Notes under the pieces: generated by a model | What the model was told of the DNA's origin: nothing | Seen by the model: the letters and a program-made list of their open reading frames with translations, nothing else | Database searches by the model: none | Assembly: GCA_964652125.1 (NCBI GenBank) | Contig: CAZZAE010000001.1 | Span: 2,908-52,630, forward strand | DNA length: 49,723 bases | Origin: an uncultured Candidatus Saccharibacteria bacterium | GTDB lineage: Bacteria > Patescibacteriota > Saccharimonadia > Saccharimonadales > JANWIN01 | Direction of reading: 5' to 3' | Made by a program: the position numbers and the translations under genes | In this document: positions 20,514 through 30,011 of the stretch, one piece after another | How positions within the stretch are numbered: the stretch's first letter is position 1 | Layout of the letters: every line of letters starts with the position of its first letter

Positions 20514-20665
20514 ATCGCTAGTGTTTTATTTTATAGGTTTGCGCCCAATTTTAACAGCTGATATGTATCTTTGGATTAGGTTAAGTTAATTATTAAAAAC
20601 TATTTAATTGTAGATATGTTATAGCCTCTATATACTTATGCTTATAACACTAGTAAGGTAATAAA

Positions 20666-23146
20666 ATGCCTAAGCATGTATTTGGCGGTCATCACGCTAA
20701 ACATAAAACATTTCCAAAAACTGCCAAGACGCATCGTAAAACGTTGAAAATTAAGGCCCACCACGCTAAGCCTTACCGCAAGCGTCACTGGGCCCTGCTG
20801 ATAGTTTCAATTTTTGGTCTCGTATTTCTATCTGGCTTTATTCTTCAATATAACGAGTCGGTTCAAAACGATGTCCGCAGTGCCAGAGACTTTATCACTA
20901 ATCTTTTTCAAACGGACCAAACACCAAATAATCAAGATCAAACTGTTAATTCGACTTACGGCTACTCATTAACATTTAATTCTTTGAAATACTACGGTAG
21001 TGCCATCGACACTGTCACCGGCAACCTTTATGTAGGCAGCGAGTTAAATACTAACCGTGCCTACGAAGTAGTTAAAATATCTACCAACTCCATCCCAACT
21101 AGCTCTAACCCAGCCAGTTTATCTATAAACTATTACAATCGGGCGACTAGAGTAGATCAATCGCTGGCAGATTATAACGGACTTGAAAAGACCTTTGTCA
21201 CAAGTCCACAGAACCAAGACAGCCAACCTTATATTCCTCAGTCGAGCTCATATGTCACTCTGTCAGGTCATAAATTTAAGCGCACACTTTGGGTTAAACA
21301 TCTTCGTAGCAATTTATTGACCAATACTACAGTGTCATTTGTATCTTACGTTGGTATTGTAAATAGTCAGCCATTTGTTATTGAAGTGAATAACGGTATC
21401 ACCAACACGGCCACTGACTCTATAAATAGAGATTTACAAACTATTATTGATTCACTACGTTTTGGCGCACCAACTCAAGCTATCAAACCTGTCAGTCGAA
21501 CCGTGGCGTTAAACACTCAAACCTCACTCAGCTTAATTGACAAGTTCATGATGACTGGGATAGCTAGCGCAGCCTCCAATAATCCAGTAATCAACCCCTC
21601 AGAACGCGATAGCGCAATTTATGGACCGGCAGTTGTTAAAGTCTATAACGTTTATTGCATGGATATTTTCGTGAAAGGAAAAGAATTTATTAAAGATGCC
21701 TGTCAAGGTGTCAGTGGCAGTGCTTTTTTGTTAAGTCAAGACGGCTACTTAGCTACTAATGGTCACGTAGCCAGTGTTAGTCCTAAGGACATAATAATTT
21801 ATGATTCCCTAGTTAATTTGACCCAGAAAGGTGATGAGAGACTTTTTGATATTTTAGCTGCTATAGCCGGAACGGGACCTAGTGACCCCCAGCTTAAAGG
21901 AAAAACTGTCAAACAAATATTGGCGTACGTTGTGGATAAAATGTATAGCATTCCAGACTCCACAATTGAAGCAAAGCATAGTGTCAGCAACCTATTAATT
22001 GACTTAGGCGAAACCCAGCCTAACGTTGACGAACTATTAAAAGATACCAAAGCCCGCCAGACGTACCCCGAGCAAACAAATATTAAACATGCTCTGCTGA
22101 AGGCTGCCGACTATAGACTTATAGATAACATAGATGGTTTTCGAGCTTCAGATGTCGCAATTATGAAACTTTCGGGTTCAAACTTCCCGGTAGTTAAATT
22201 GGGAGATATCAATTCCATTTCCCAAGGAAGCAACCTAAATATACTGGGTTACCCGGCTGACGCCACCAATAATAATATTGTCGATAGTAAACAAAGCAAG
22301 CTGACCTTAACTACTGGTAAGGCATCGGCAATTAAAAATGCCCAAGGTAGTGCCAATAAGCTGATTGAAACTGACACAACCATTGGTCATGGCAACAGTG
22401 GTGGTCCAGTTCTTGATGATAGTGGTTCAGTAGTCGGCATCGCCACCTATACTGTTGACGGTTCGGGATCCGGCAATGGCACCTACAATTACATCCGTGA
22501 TATCAAGGATCTGACAGATCTTGCTTCAAAATCCTCCATCGTTTTTGACACCAATAGTCAAACTCAAGCCAATTGGCAAATTGCCATGAATTTCTTTTAC
22601 AGCTCTCATTATTCCAAAGCTATAAAATATTTTAATAAAGTAAAGCAACTCTACCCCCAGCATCCAACAGTTGATAGCTTAATTGCCGCCTCAGAGCAAA
22701 AGATAAAAGATGGTCAAGATGTCAAAGATTTTCCAGTTATTCCGGTCGCCATAGCTGCTGGCATAGCACTGATAGGTGCTGGTGTGGCAATCTTCATGAT
22801 AATTAGGCATAAGAGAAAACACGAAATCTACAAGTCACAAATGACTGGAGGAAGCGCACCCCAAGCAGTTGTCGGAGGAATGACTCAACCAATTAATAAT
22901 AGTCAACCGGGACAAGCCATAAGCTCGCAGCCTCATCCTGCTTTAGTACCTCAGGTATCAGCTCCTGCGGCGGCTGTCATTGCGCCGACTCTTCCCCAAA
23001 CCAATCAACCAGTTGCCAGCCAACCTGTCACACAACAGGTACCAATCGCTCCCGTCCAATCTCCCGCCGCATCAACATCTACACCTATACCAGTTGTTAA
23101 CGCCGAAGTGCCGCCACCCCAAGACTCAAACATTCAGAATCTTTAA
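20666..23146 (+). CDS. membrane-anchored trypsin-like (S1) serine protease
   Basis: Catalytic triad ATNGHVA / SDVAIMKL / GHGNSGGP; N-terminal TM, TPR-like helix pair, C-terminal TM and Pro/Gln-rich tail. Confidence 0.85.
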   Translation: MPKHVFGGHHAKHKTFPKTAKTHRKTLKIKAHHAKPYRKRHWALLIVSIFGLVFLSGFILQYNESVQNDVRSARDFITNLFQTDQTPNNQDQTVNSTYGYSLTFNSLKYYGSAIDTVTGNLYVGSELNTNRAYEVVKISTNSIPTSSNPASLSINYYNRATRVDQSLADYNGLEKTFVTSPQNQDSQPYIPQSSSYVTLSGHKFKRTLWVKHLRSNLLTNTTVSFVSYVGIVNSQPFVIEVNNGITNTATDSINRDLQTIIDSLRFGAPTQAIKPVSRTVALNTQTSLSLIDKFMMTGIASAASNNPVINPSERDSAIYGPAVVKVYNVYCMDIFVKGKEFIKDACQGVSGSAFLLSQDGYLATNGHVASVSPKDIIIYDSLVNLTQKGDERLFDILAAIAGTGPSDPQLKGKTVKQILAYVVDKMYSIPDSTIEAKHSVSNLLIDLGETQPNVDELLKDTKARQTYPEQTNIKHALLKAADYRLIDNIDGFRASDVAIMKLSGSNFPVVKLGDINSISQGSNLNILGYPADATNNNIVDSKQSKLTLTTGKASAIKNAQGSANKLIETDTTIGHGNSGGPVLDDSGSVVGIATYTVDGSGSGNGTYNYIRDIKDLTDLASKSSIVFDTNSQTQANWQIAMNFFYSSHYSKAIKYFNKVKQLYPQHPTVDSLIAASEQKIKDGQDVKDFPVIPVAIAAGIALIGAGVAIFMIIRHKRKHEIYKSQMTGGSAPQAVVGGMTQPINNSQPGQAISSQPHPALVPQVSAPAAAVIAPTLPQTNQPVASQPVTQQVPIAPVQSPAASTSTPIPVVNAEVPPPQDSNIQNL

Positions 23147-23192
23147 CTAGAATTTCATAAATGATTAGCAACAATTTTCAAATTGGAGCAAG

Positions 23193-23221
23193 TTGACAAG
23201 TTATTAAGCTAGTGCTTTAAT
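23193..23221 (+). promoter_or_regulatory. sigma70-type promoter
   Basis: TTGACA-17 nt-TTTAAT with extended TG, 22 nt upstream of ATG 23244. Confidence 0.65.
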
Positions 23222-23243
23222 TAGTTCAAGTTAAGTTTTTCCA

Positions 23244-25142
23244 ATGGAAACTTCAAAAACTAAGTCTCAACTCTTACTCCAAAAAATAAAAGGCACGCGC
23301 TTCTTTAAACCTTGGGCATTTATTATCTTATTCGCGGTGGTAGGAGCCAGTATCTTATTTTTCGTTCATGCCGCCACCATGCAGGAATTTAAACTCTACG
23401 ATGCCCAGGCCCGCGGTAGCCTAAGCCACCTTGGGCATAACAAAGTAATGGATCGCGGTAATGTCACTGGATATCTATATAATGCTAATGTCCGCGACGT
23501 CAAGGCCTACTTTCATGACAACAGCACTGGGCAATCTACCAATCTGCGGCTAGGCAGCGTTTATAGTAATGCTCCTGATTTTGCTGGCAATCCATTTGAT
23601 TATGTCTGGACATCTAACAACACCATTATCACCATCAGCCAAGATCCCAGCAGTATAACCCTGCGTCGCTACCAGTTAAGCGGATCACCCCTGCCAATCG
23701 CCGCTACCTTGATTGGCAGCTATAGTTTTGGGGATATCAACAGTCGTCCGGACGCTATCATCCAGTTGGCTAGTGGGGCTATTGTCGCCACTTGGCATGA
23801 TACAAGGCTTGGTTCGCTTCGAAATGTCACCGCGGCGTATTGGAAGTTGGGTGGCAGTAGCTGGCAAATTCTGGACGTTCCATTTTCTTCCACCGGTTCC
23901 AGTGATAGCGTTTTGGTTCAGCAACCTGCCGACAAAAGCATCTGGATAGTGTTGGATGCCGATGCCTATGGGCAATTGCAGGCAGCTCATCTGACTGAAT
24001 CAGGTGGCGATTTGCACCTAGACTGGACTAATTATCATTTCATTATCGGTGATGAAAACCATCTCAACGGTCCCGACCCCGAACACGCCGACCTGGCGGC
24101 AGCTGTTGATCCAACTACTGGTGAGATTGTGCTAGCCTATCAAAGCGCTGATCGTCAGATTGTTTTCTATAACGGTGGCAATGATGCCGAAAGCCACCCG
24201 GCTGTGGCCCGCATCAAGGCCGATGGGACCATTACATACATGCCCCGATTACCAGTCTGGGTTGAGCGAACTGCTCAAATGGGCCTGATTGTTAAACCCG
24301 GCGAAGTTTGGTTGGCTTACTACCCACTAGATGAAACCAATGGGAAATTCGGTCAGCTCTATGCTAGCCAGTATGTCAATGGACAGTGGCAACCGCAAAC
24401 TTTCTTAGGTACCAGTGGTACAACCAGCAGTGGCTTCCTACAAGGCATTTCACGAGCTGAGTTCGTTACTACGTTATATGATGCCAATATAGTATCGCAA
24501 GTTAGCACCTTCACCTTTGAAACGGGAACTATTGGGCCCTCCCCGCCCAGCGACACCACGGCGCCAACGGCCAATATAACCACGCCTCTTAATGGCAATA
24601 CAATTAGCGGCACTGTCAATGTCACTGCTACAGCTGGTGATAACGGTGTCCTAGCCGACGTCAAACTTTACCTTGATGGCAACACTTTTCTAGGCAATTT
24701 GTACAATGCCACGAGTCGGACTTTTAACTCTGTGCCCTGGGATACGACAAAAGTAGGTAATGGTACTCATACGCTGGTAGCTAAAGCCTATGACGCAGCC
24801 GGTAATGAGGGTATATCAGCGACTATCTCAGTGACTGTTCAGAATATCGCACCACCGCCACCAACCGATACCAACGCTCCAGTAGTCCAGATCACTACAC
24901 CAGCCAATGGCACTCACCTAAAAGGTACTTCCATTAATATTGTTGCAAGGGCTCAAGACGATGTGGGGGTTACTAAAACTGAACTCTACCTAGACAATAA
25001 TCTGACACTTAGCCTATCTGGCGGCAGCCTTAACTATACTTGGAATATCCAAAAATTAAGCAAAGGCACCCATATTATTGTTGTTAAGGCTTATGATGCC
25101 GCTAACAATGTTGGCAGCGCTCAAGTCAGTGTTATTAAATAG
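23244..25142 (+). CDS. secreted protein with probable beta-propeller and two C-terminal bacterial Ig-like domains
   Basis: Signal ending VHAA; two DTxAP..ITTP.NG..KAYDAA.N Ig-like repeats. Confidence 0.7.
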   Translation: METSKTKSQLLLQKIKGTRFFKPWAFIILFAVVGASILFFVHAATMQEFKLYDAQARGSLSHLGHNKVMDRGNVTGYLYNANVRDVKAYFHDNSTGQSTNLRLGSVYSNAPDFAGNPFDYVWTSNNTIITISQDPSSITLRRYQLSGSPLPIAATLIGSYSFGDINSRPDAIIQLASGAIVATWHDTRLGSLRNVTAAYWKLGGSSWQILDVPFSSTGSSDSVLVQQPADKSIWIVLDADAYGQLQAAHLTESGGDLHLDWTNYHFIIGDENHLNGPDPEHADLAAAVDPTTGEIVLAYQSADRQIVFYNGGNDAESHPAVARIKADGTITYMPRLPVWVERTAQMGLIVKPGEVWLAYYPLDETNGKFGQLYASQYVNGQWQPQTFLGTSGTTSSGFLQGISRAEFVTTLYDANIVSQVSTFTFETGTIGPSPPSDTTAPTANITTPLNGNTISGTVNVTATAGDNGVLADVKLYLDGNTFLGNLYNATSRTFNSVPWDTTKVGNGTHTLVAKAYDAAGNEGISATISVTVQNIAPPPPTDTNAPVVQITTPANGTHLKGTSINIVARAQDDVGVTKTELYLDNNLTLSLSGGSLNYTWNIQKLSKGTHIIVVKAYDAANNVGSAQVSVIK

Positions 25143-25159
25143 AAGATAAAATTTCTTTG

Positions 25160-25236
25160 TGGTGACCCCTGCGGGATTCGAACCCGCGATCTTCTGGATG
25201 AGAACCAGATATCCTGGACCACTAGACGAAGGGGCC
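25160..25236 (-). tRNA. tRNA-Glu (anticodon CTC)
   Basis: Reverse complement GGCCCCTTCGTCTAGTGG..TCTGG-TTCTCAT-CCAGA..GGTTCGAATCC..GGGGTCACCA; encoded CCA. Confidence 0.97.
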
Positions 25237-25272
25237 TCGTTAGATTGCTAAGACTATACCATAACAGGGGTG

Positions 25273-25303
25273 AAATAGAAACCCCGCTGTGGTAGCGGGG
25301 TTC
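25273..25303 (-). terminator. intrinsic terminator downstream of the 25399..26529 gene
   Basis: 9-bp stem AACCCCGCT/AGCGGGGTT, 5-nt loop, followed on the minus strand by TCTATTT. Confidence 0.75.
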
Positions 25304-25398
25304 AGAGAATATTGGTTTTGAGCGGTCAGTCTTTGCTCGTAACTAATGCTTACATTAGCACAGTTTTGCTTTTTTGACCACCCTGTTTTCCACAGATG

Positions 25399-26529
25399 TT
25401 ATTGGCTTCGGCCAAGCATCCAGCGTCGGTGTAAGAAAGCACCAGCTAGGGAAACAACCGTAAAGATACCGAGCATACTGCCTGGGCCTGTGTTAACCAA
25501 CACTTTTGGAGTACTGGTCAAGTTAGCAAATCTAAAGGTTTTTGTACAATCGTTACTAGTTATCCATTTCTTTTGACCGTTAGCAAGTTGAACTTGGAAT
25601 TTAGCGGTTACAGTAAATGGACCATTACCTAAGTAAGTGTGAGAGTCTGAAACTTGATTGCTGTGTTTGCTGTTATCGCCCCAGTTAATGTCATAGCCAA
25701 CAACTTTAACGTTTTGGACTTCAGGAGCAATTGTGACTTTTACAGTTCGGTCTTGTATTTCAAACCGACTAAGTTTACAAACCATAGTAAGTTTTGGAGC
25801 TTCTTGCTTTTGGACTTTTACGGTGTAAACAACGACGACACGGTAGTTCCAACAACCCCAAACTTTTTGGGCAGTCCAGACTGGACTTCCAATTGGTGTA
25901 GTATTGTTAATTGCACTGTCTCCAGCTGGTAAGCTTAGAAATGTAGTACTGTTAACGATATCGTTATTGTAGTGAACTGAGTTAGGTACTAAAGTCAGCT
26001 TTACAGGTTGACCGTTACAGGTAAGTGTAGTGTTGTCATTTACAGCAGCGGCATTTGATGCACTTACGCTGCTACTAAAGGCAAAGCTGTTCATATCTTT
26101 ATTAAGCGGTGCATTAAGAGCCAACTTAACGTTATTAGCAACGGCACTACCAGTACCATTGTTATTAAATTGAGGCTCAGCATCGTTGTGGACATAAGTC
26201 CAAATATCAAACTTATCACCGTCGTTACAAGCTGAGTTTAAGCTATTAACTAGTTTAGGGTTATCAGCACCAAGCGGATTATCGCTGGCGTGAGGGCGAA
26301 TGCGTACAAAGTTAGGTTCATCACCTAGAGGATAGCTACCTTGGTTTGAAGACAAAGTACTAGTTATGCCACAGATGTTATTAAATACTGGTGTTGAAGA
26401 AGTTGGGAAACCATTAGGATTATATTGGTAGCAAGACAAGGCACCGACTTTAATAGCCAGACCTAAAACAGCTGCACTGATGGCAAAAGTTGCTCCTAGT
26501 CCTAATGTTATTTTCTTGAATATATTCAT
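25399..26529 (-). CDS. secreted surface protein with PKD-like domain and LPxTG-like C-terminal sorting signal
   Basis: N-terminal signal peptide; YDINWGD..HTY PKD motif; C-terminus LVNTGP + hydrophobic stretch + HRR. Confidence 0.75.
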   Translation of the reverse strand: MNIFKKITLGLGATFAISAAVLGLAIKVGALSCYQYNPNGFPTSSTPVFNNICGITSTLSSNQGSYPLGDEPNFVRIRPHASDNPLGADNPKLVNSLNSACNDGDKFDIWTYVHNDAEPQFNNNGTGSAVANNVKLALNAPLNKDMNSFAFSSSVSASNAAAVNDNTTLTCNGQPVKLTLVPNSVHYNNDIVNSTTFLSLPAGDSAINNTTPIGSPVWTAQKVWGCWNYRVVVVYTVKVQKQEAPKLTMVCKLSRFEIQDRTVKVTIAPEVQNVKVVGYDINWGDNSKHSNQVSDSHTYLGNGPFTVTAKFQVQLANGQKKWITSNDCTKTFRFANLTSTPKVLVNTGPGSMLGIFTVVSLAGAFLHRRWMLGRSQ

Positions 26530-26569
26530 GATGTTATCTCCTTAATGTGATATCTCATTAATTCCTAAA

Positions 26570-27811
26570 TTACGCTCCACCATTGCCTGGATCACCAGGT
26601 TTTGTTGGGGGTGTGGTTGTTGGAGGCGCAGTAGTAGGTGTGGTACGTGGAACAGTAGTAGGTGTGGTACGTGGAACAGTAGTTGGGGTCGTAGTTTCTG
26701 GAGTTGTAGTTGGAGTAGTGGTTTCTGTGGTTGTGCCTGGAGTTGTAGTACCGGGACCACCTTCACCACCGCCACCGCCTGAGCCACCGCCTGATCCAGT
26801 AGTATTACCGTTACAACCAGCATGGCCAGCTATACAGCTAGGACCATTACCGCCAGGACCATGGCCTTGGCTTTGGCCGTTAGTACCACCGTTACTGCCG
26901 GCACTTGAGGTACCACCGCCAGATCCACCACCTAGAGTGTTACGGGTCCTAGCATTTCCTTGGTTGTGAACATTCTTTTTCTGATTCGCTGATGCAGGAA
27001 CGTGTTGCTCATTTTTATCGAATTTAATTCCACCTGTTGCAAACAACTCGTTTACAACTACAGTACCGTCATCGGTTACCAGAATAAGTGATTGTAGCTT
27101 TTCATCTAGTGCTTTTTGGTCAACTGTCAGATCTTTGTCATCGTGGTTAAAGCCGATCTCAAAGCCAGTTAAGCTTCCAGTGGTTTCAATAACTTGAGTT
27201 TTCATGCCAGTGATTTTGCTATTGCTACCACGGACTGCTTGATACTCGACAGCTTGCCCTTTAGTTACGGCAAATTCACTGGTAGGTACTAAGAATTGGG
27301 GATCCAAGGCTGCAAAAACAACTTGTTCGTCAGCAGCTGCGGCTTTAGCATTATCATGATAAAGCTCAATTCGCTTTTCAATGTCTTTAAGGGTGCCAGC
27401 ATCTGGTAATTGACGGCTTTCTCGAAGATCAAGAAATACTTTCAGAGTAGCTAGTGAGCGACTGTCGCCACAAATTTGAGCGCGTAAACGCTGTGAAGCA
27501 ATACCGGCTGGAACTTGCTTTTTCTTGCCTTCAACTACGTCATAAAGAGGTGGGTATAGTGATTCGCTCTCAGCAAAGTTAACATTAGCTATTTCGTCAT
27601 TAAGACTGGCAGCTGTACAGTTATCTGGACCATTTAAAGTATCGATAGTTGTAGAAGTTGAAGATGAAGCAGATTCATGATTATTTGATCCACTGCTGCC
27701 ACAAGCTGCTAGAGCCAAAGCGCTAGCAAAACCAATAGCTGTAGCGGTACGAGCAATACGCCAACGATCTTGTTCTACATTTACAGGTGCTGCCATTGAT
27801 GATTCAACCAT
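26570..27811 (-). CDS. putative lipoprotein with Gly-rich and Pro/Thr-rich C-terminal tail
   Basis: Lipobox-like ALALAAC-GSS; AAGGAG SD upstream of ATG; low-complexity G and PT repeats. Confidence 0.7.
   Translation of the reverse strand: MVESSMAAPVNVEQDRWRIARTATAIGFASALALAACGSSGSNNHESASSSTSTTIDTLNGPDNCTAASLNDEIANVNFAESESLYPPLYDVVEGKKKQVPAGIASQRLRAQICGDSRSLATLKVFLDLRESRQLPDAGTLKDIEKRIELYHDNAKAAAADEQVVFAALDPQFLVPTSEFAVTKGQAVEYQAVRGSNSKITGMKTQVIETTGSLTGFEIGFNHDDKDLTVDQKALDEKLQSLILVTDDGTVVVNELFATGGIKFDKNEQHVPASANQKKNVHNQGNARTRNTLGGGSGGGTSSAGSNGGTNGQSQGHGPGGNGPSCIAGHAGCNGNTTGSGGGSGGGGGEGGPGTTTPGTTTETTTPTTTPETTTPTTVPRTTPTTVPRTTPTTAPPTTTPPTKPGDPGNGGA
26629..26683. repeat. 24-bp coding tandem repeat (2.3 copies; encodes TTPTTVPR)
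   Basis: CAGTAGTAGGTGTGGTACGTGGAA x2 + CAGTAGT. Confidence 0.85.
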
Positions 27812-27888
27812 GAACGAATCTCCTTATTTTATCTTCACAAAACTCTACTTGCCTGTCTGCCTTGAGGCAAAAGACAATTTATGGACGT

Positions 27889-27917
27889 AGTTTATCATAA
27901 ATAAATGCTTATGTCAA
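27889..27917 (-). promoter_or_regulatory. sigma70-type promoter of lipoprotein gene
   Basis: Minus strand TTGACA-17 nt-TAAACT with extended TG. Confidence 0.65.
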
Positions 27918-27972
27918 TACTTTTTAAACTACTTTTGGCAAGCCTGGTATTATAGTTTGTAATACTTATGCT

Positions 27973-28983
27973 TTAGGCGGCTTCACGCATTTTGGCCAGT
28001 TGTTTTTCTAAGTGGCCAGCCCAGTCTTTAACACCGGTATCTATTGTCAAATGCGAAGCACCAGAGCTCTTAATTGTTTTGGCAATATTAGCTGTTCGCT
28101 CTTTTTCCTGTGTTGCATATAACTCTCTACCACCAGGGACATTATCGATACTGATAATTTGTCCAGAACTTGGATCGCGGAAAAATACTTCGCCCTCAGG
28201 CAGTTCCAGGTCCCATTTGTTAGTTAGCTCAACTGCCATAAGGTGATTATTGCCGGCTAATCTATTAAGTGGTGATGCCCAACCATGTATAGCGTCTTTA
28301 GGATCAAAAACGTCTCTAAAGTCACTGATCACCACCAATACGCTCTCATGTGCGGCAACGTTACCTAGTTTTGTTAATAAATTACACAGATAAAGCGGTT
28401 CAGCGCTATCAGGGGTCTCAATAGATTTTCTCCGTCCTAGAAAACCCCTTTTTCTAGTCTGACTAGATTCGGCATAGGAATCAGCTTCTTTTATAAGTCG
28501 AACGGCTTGTTTGAAACCATTAATCATTGATGCCTCATCAAAGTTTGGCTCATCTAAATAAGTAATTTTGTTGCCATTAGACCAAAGATTGGCGGTTGGC
28601 AATCCATCACGGCGAGCCATTAAAGTAGTCACCATAGCAATACCAAGACCAAGTTCACGTTCATCATGATCTGGGGCATCGTTTTGATACCTATGACCCA
28701 TGACATCAGATGCGACATAAAAGGCTGGAGCATTTTCGGCTAAATGTGTTTCGACTATCAGTTCACTTTCTTCAGAGCGCACCGTAGCTGGCCAGTTAAT
28801 ATCTCGGAAATCGTCTCCGGTCTCATATGGACGCATATCCAATAAATCACTACCTTCTCCAATTTGACGAGTTTGGTAATCTCCGAACAACACTCCTCTA
28901 AGGGGCTTTTGAGCTATAGGAAGACGTTCTAGTCGTGATAGACTAGCGCCTATTTTCTCTAAGTTTATGCTCTCAGCACTCAC
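27973..28983 (-). CDS. DUF58 domain protein (MoxR-associated)
   Basis: GEGSDLLDMRPYETGDDFRDINWPAT, VVISDF. Confidence 0.85.
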   Translation of the reverse strand: MSAESINLEKIGASLSRLERLPIAQKPLRGVLFGDYQTRQIGEGSDLLDMRPYETGDDFRDINWPATVRSEESELIVETHLAENAPAFYVASDVMGHRYQNDAPDHDERELGLGIAMVTTLMARRDGLPTANLWSNGNKITYLDEPNFDEASMINGFKQAVRLIKEADSYAESSQTRKRGFLGRRKSIETPDSAEPLYLCNLLTKLGNVAAHESVLVVISDFRDVFDPKDAIHGWASPLNRLAGNNHLMAVELTNKWDLELPEGEVFFRDPSSGQIISIDNVPGGRELYATQEKERTANIAKTIKSSGASHLTIDTGVKDWAGHLEKQLAKMREAA

Positions 28984-28994
28984 AATGAGGATCC

Positions 28995-29999
28995 TTAGCT
29001 ATTTTTATTAGCCTGTTCAACGGCCATCTCTACAAGATCAACAGCAGATAGACCTTTATCAACAGCAGTATGAGTTGGCTTAATGCGGTGAGCATAGACG
29101 CTCGGTGCAAGATTATCTATATCTAGTGAACTAACATAGACTTTACCACCTTCAAGTAAAACTGCCATCTGAGCTAGTTTGACCAAAGCCCGTCCTGGTC
29201 GCATTGAACTCTCTATCACTTTAGCGCTTCCTCTACTTACTAATGATTCATTATCAGAAGTTAAGTCGAAAAAAGCTTGTTCGATATCAAAAATTCGTTC
29301 TTTTAACTCTTCATCAAAACGTACTTTATTAGCCGTTTTTCTGATTAACTTCAAATCTACACCACAGTCATTTAAGATTTGACCAAATACTGGATGTTCC
29401 TCTTGACGCGTCCAAGCTCGAGCTTTGTTTACTTGGCTGGGAACAGGCATATTGAGTCCATAGCTGAATCTATCCTTTACAGCATCGCCTAATTCGCTAG
29501 TACCATTATTATTAGACCAAGGGTTTTGGGTGGCGATAACCTTTAAGTTTGGTGATAGCTCATGGCTCTGACCAAAGGCGGTAACCTGTCCTTCTTCCAT
29601 AGCTTCCAGTAGGGCTGACTGAGTTTTACTAGGTAATCGGTTAAGCTCATCGGCTAAAACAACGTCATTAAAGATGGGGCCACGAGTTATTTTCCATGAA
29701 CCAGGTACTAGATCAGGCTCACGGTAGAGCGTGATATCGCTAGGACGAACATCTGGTGTACCTTGAATACGGCCAAAAGTTCCGCCAATCATGACAGCTG
29801 CACCTTTTGCTAACACGGTCTTACTGGTACCAGGAGTAGCTTCCATTAATATGTGTCCATCGGCTGCTAAGGTAGCAGTTAGACGATCAATAAATTCACT
29901 TGGACCATAAAAATGGTTACTAATTTCTGTAGCTAACCCCTGTAACTTGGGCTGTGTCGCTTTAATGTCTTCGTTTGTAACGGTATTTGATTCACTCAT
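28995..29999 (-). CDS. moxR: MoxR family AAA+ ATPase
   Basis: HILMEATPGTSKT, RIQGTPDVRPSDI, GPIF, LADELNR, QSALLEAMEE, ATQNP, DRF. Confidence 0.9.
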   Translation of the reverse strand: MSESNTVTNEDIKATQPKLQGLATEISNHFYGPSEFIDRLTATLAADGHILMEATPGTSKTVLAKGAAVMIGGTFGRIQGTPDVRPSDITLYREPDLVPGSWKITRGPIFNDVVLADELNRLPSKTQSALLEAMEEGQVTAFGQSHELSPNLKVIATQNPWSNNNGTSELGDAVKDRFSYGLNMPVPSQVNKARAWTRQEEHPVFGQILNDCGVDLKLIRKTANKVRFDEELKERIFDIEQAFFDLTSDNESLVSRGSAKVIESSMRPGRALVKLAQMAVLLEGGKVYVSSLDIDNLAPSVYAHRIKPTHTAVDKGLSAVDLVEMAVEQANKNS

Positions 30000-30011
30000 A
30001 AAAGTCCTTTC

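Noticed and set aside
23244-25160. Ig-domain gene as an element integrated at tRNA-Glu
   Set aside because: No duplicate of the tRNA-Glu 3' end and no integrase found
26629-26683. Tandem repeat as possible CRISPR array
   Set aside because: No spacers, in-frame within a Pro/Thr linker, no cas genes
26583-26969. 128-aa Val/Gly/Pro-rich plus-strand ORF (and similar short antisense or alternate-frame ORFs across the track)
   Set aside because: Shadow frames of well-supported genes, without independent motifs or expression signals
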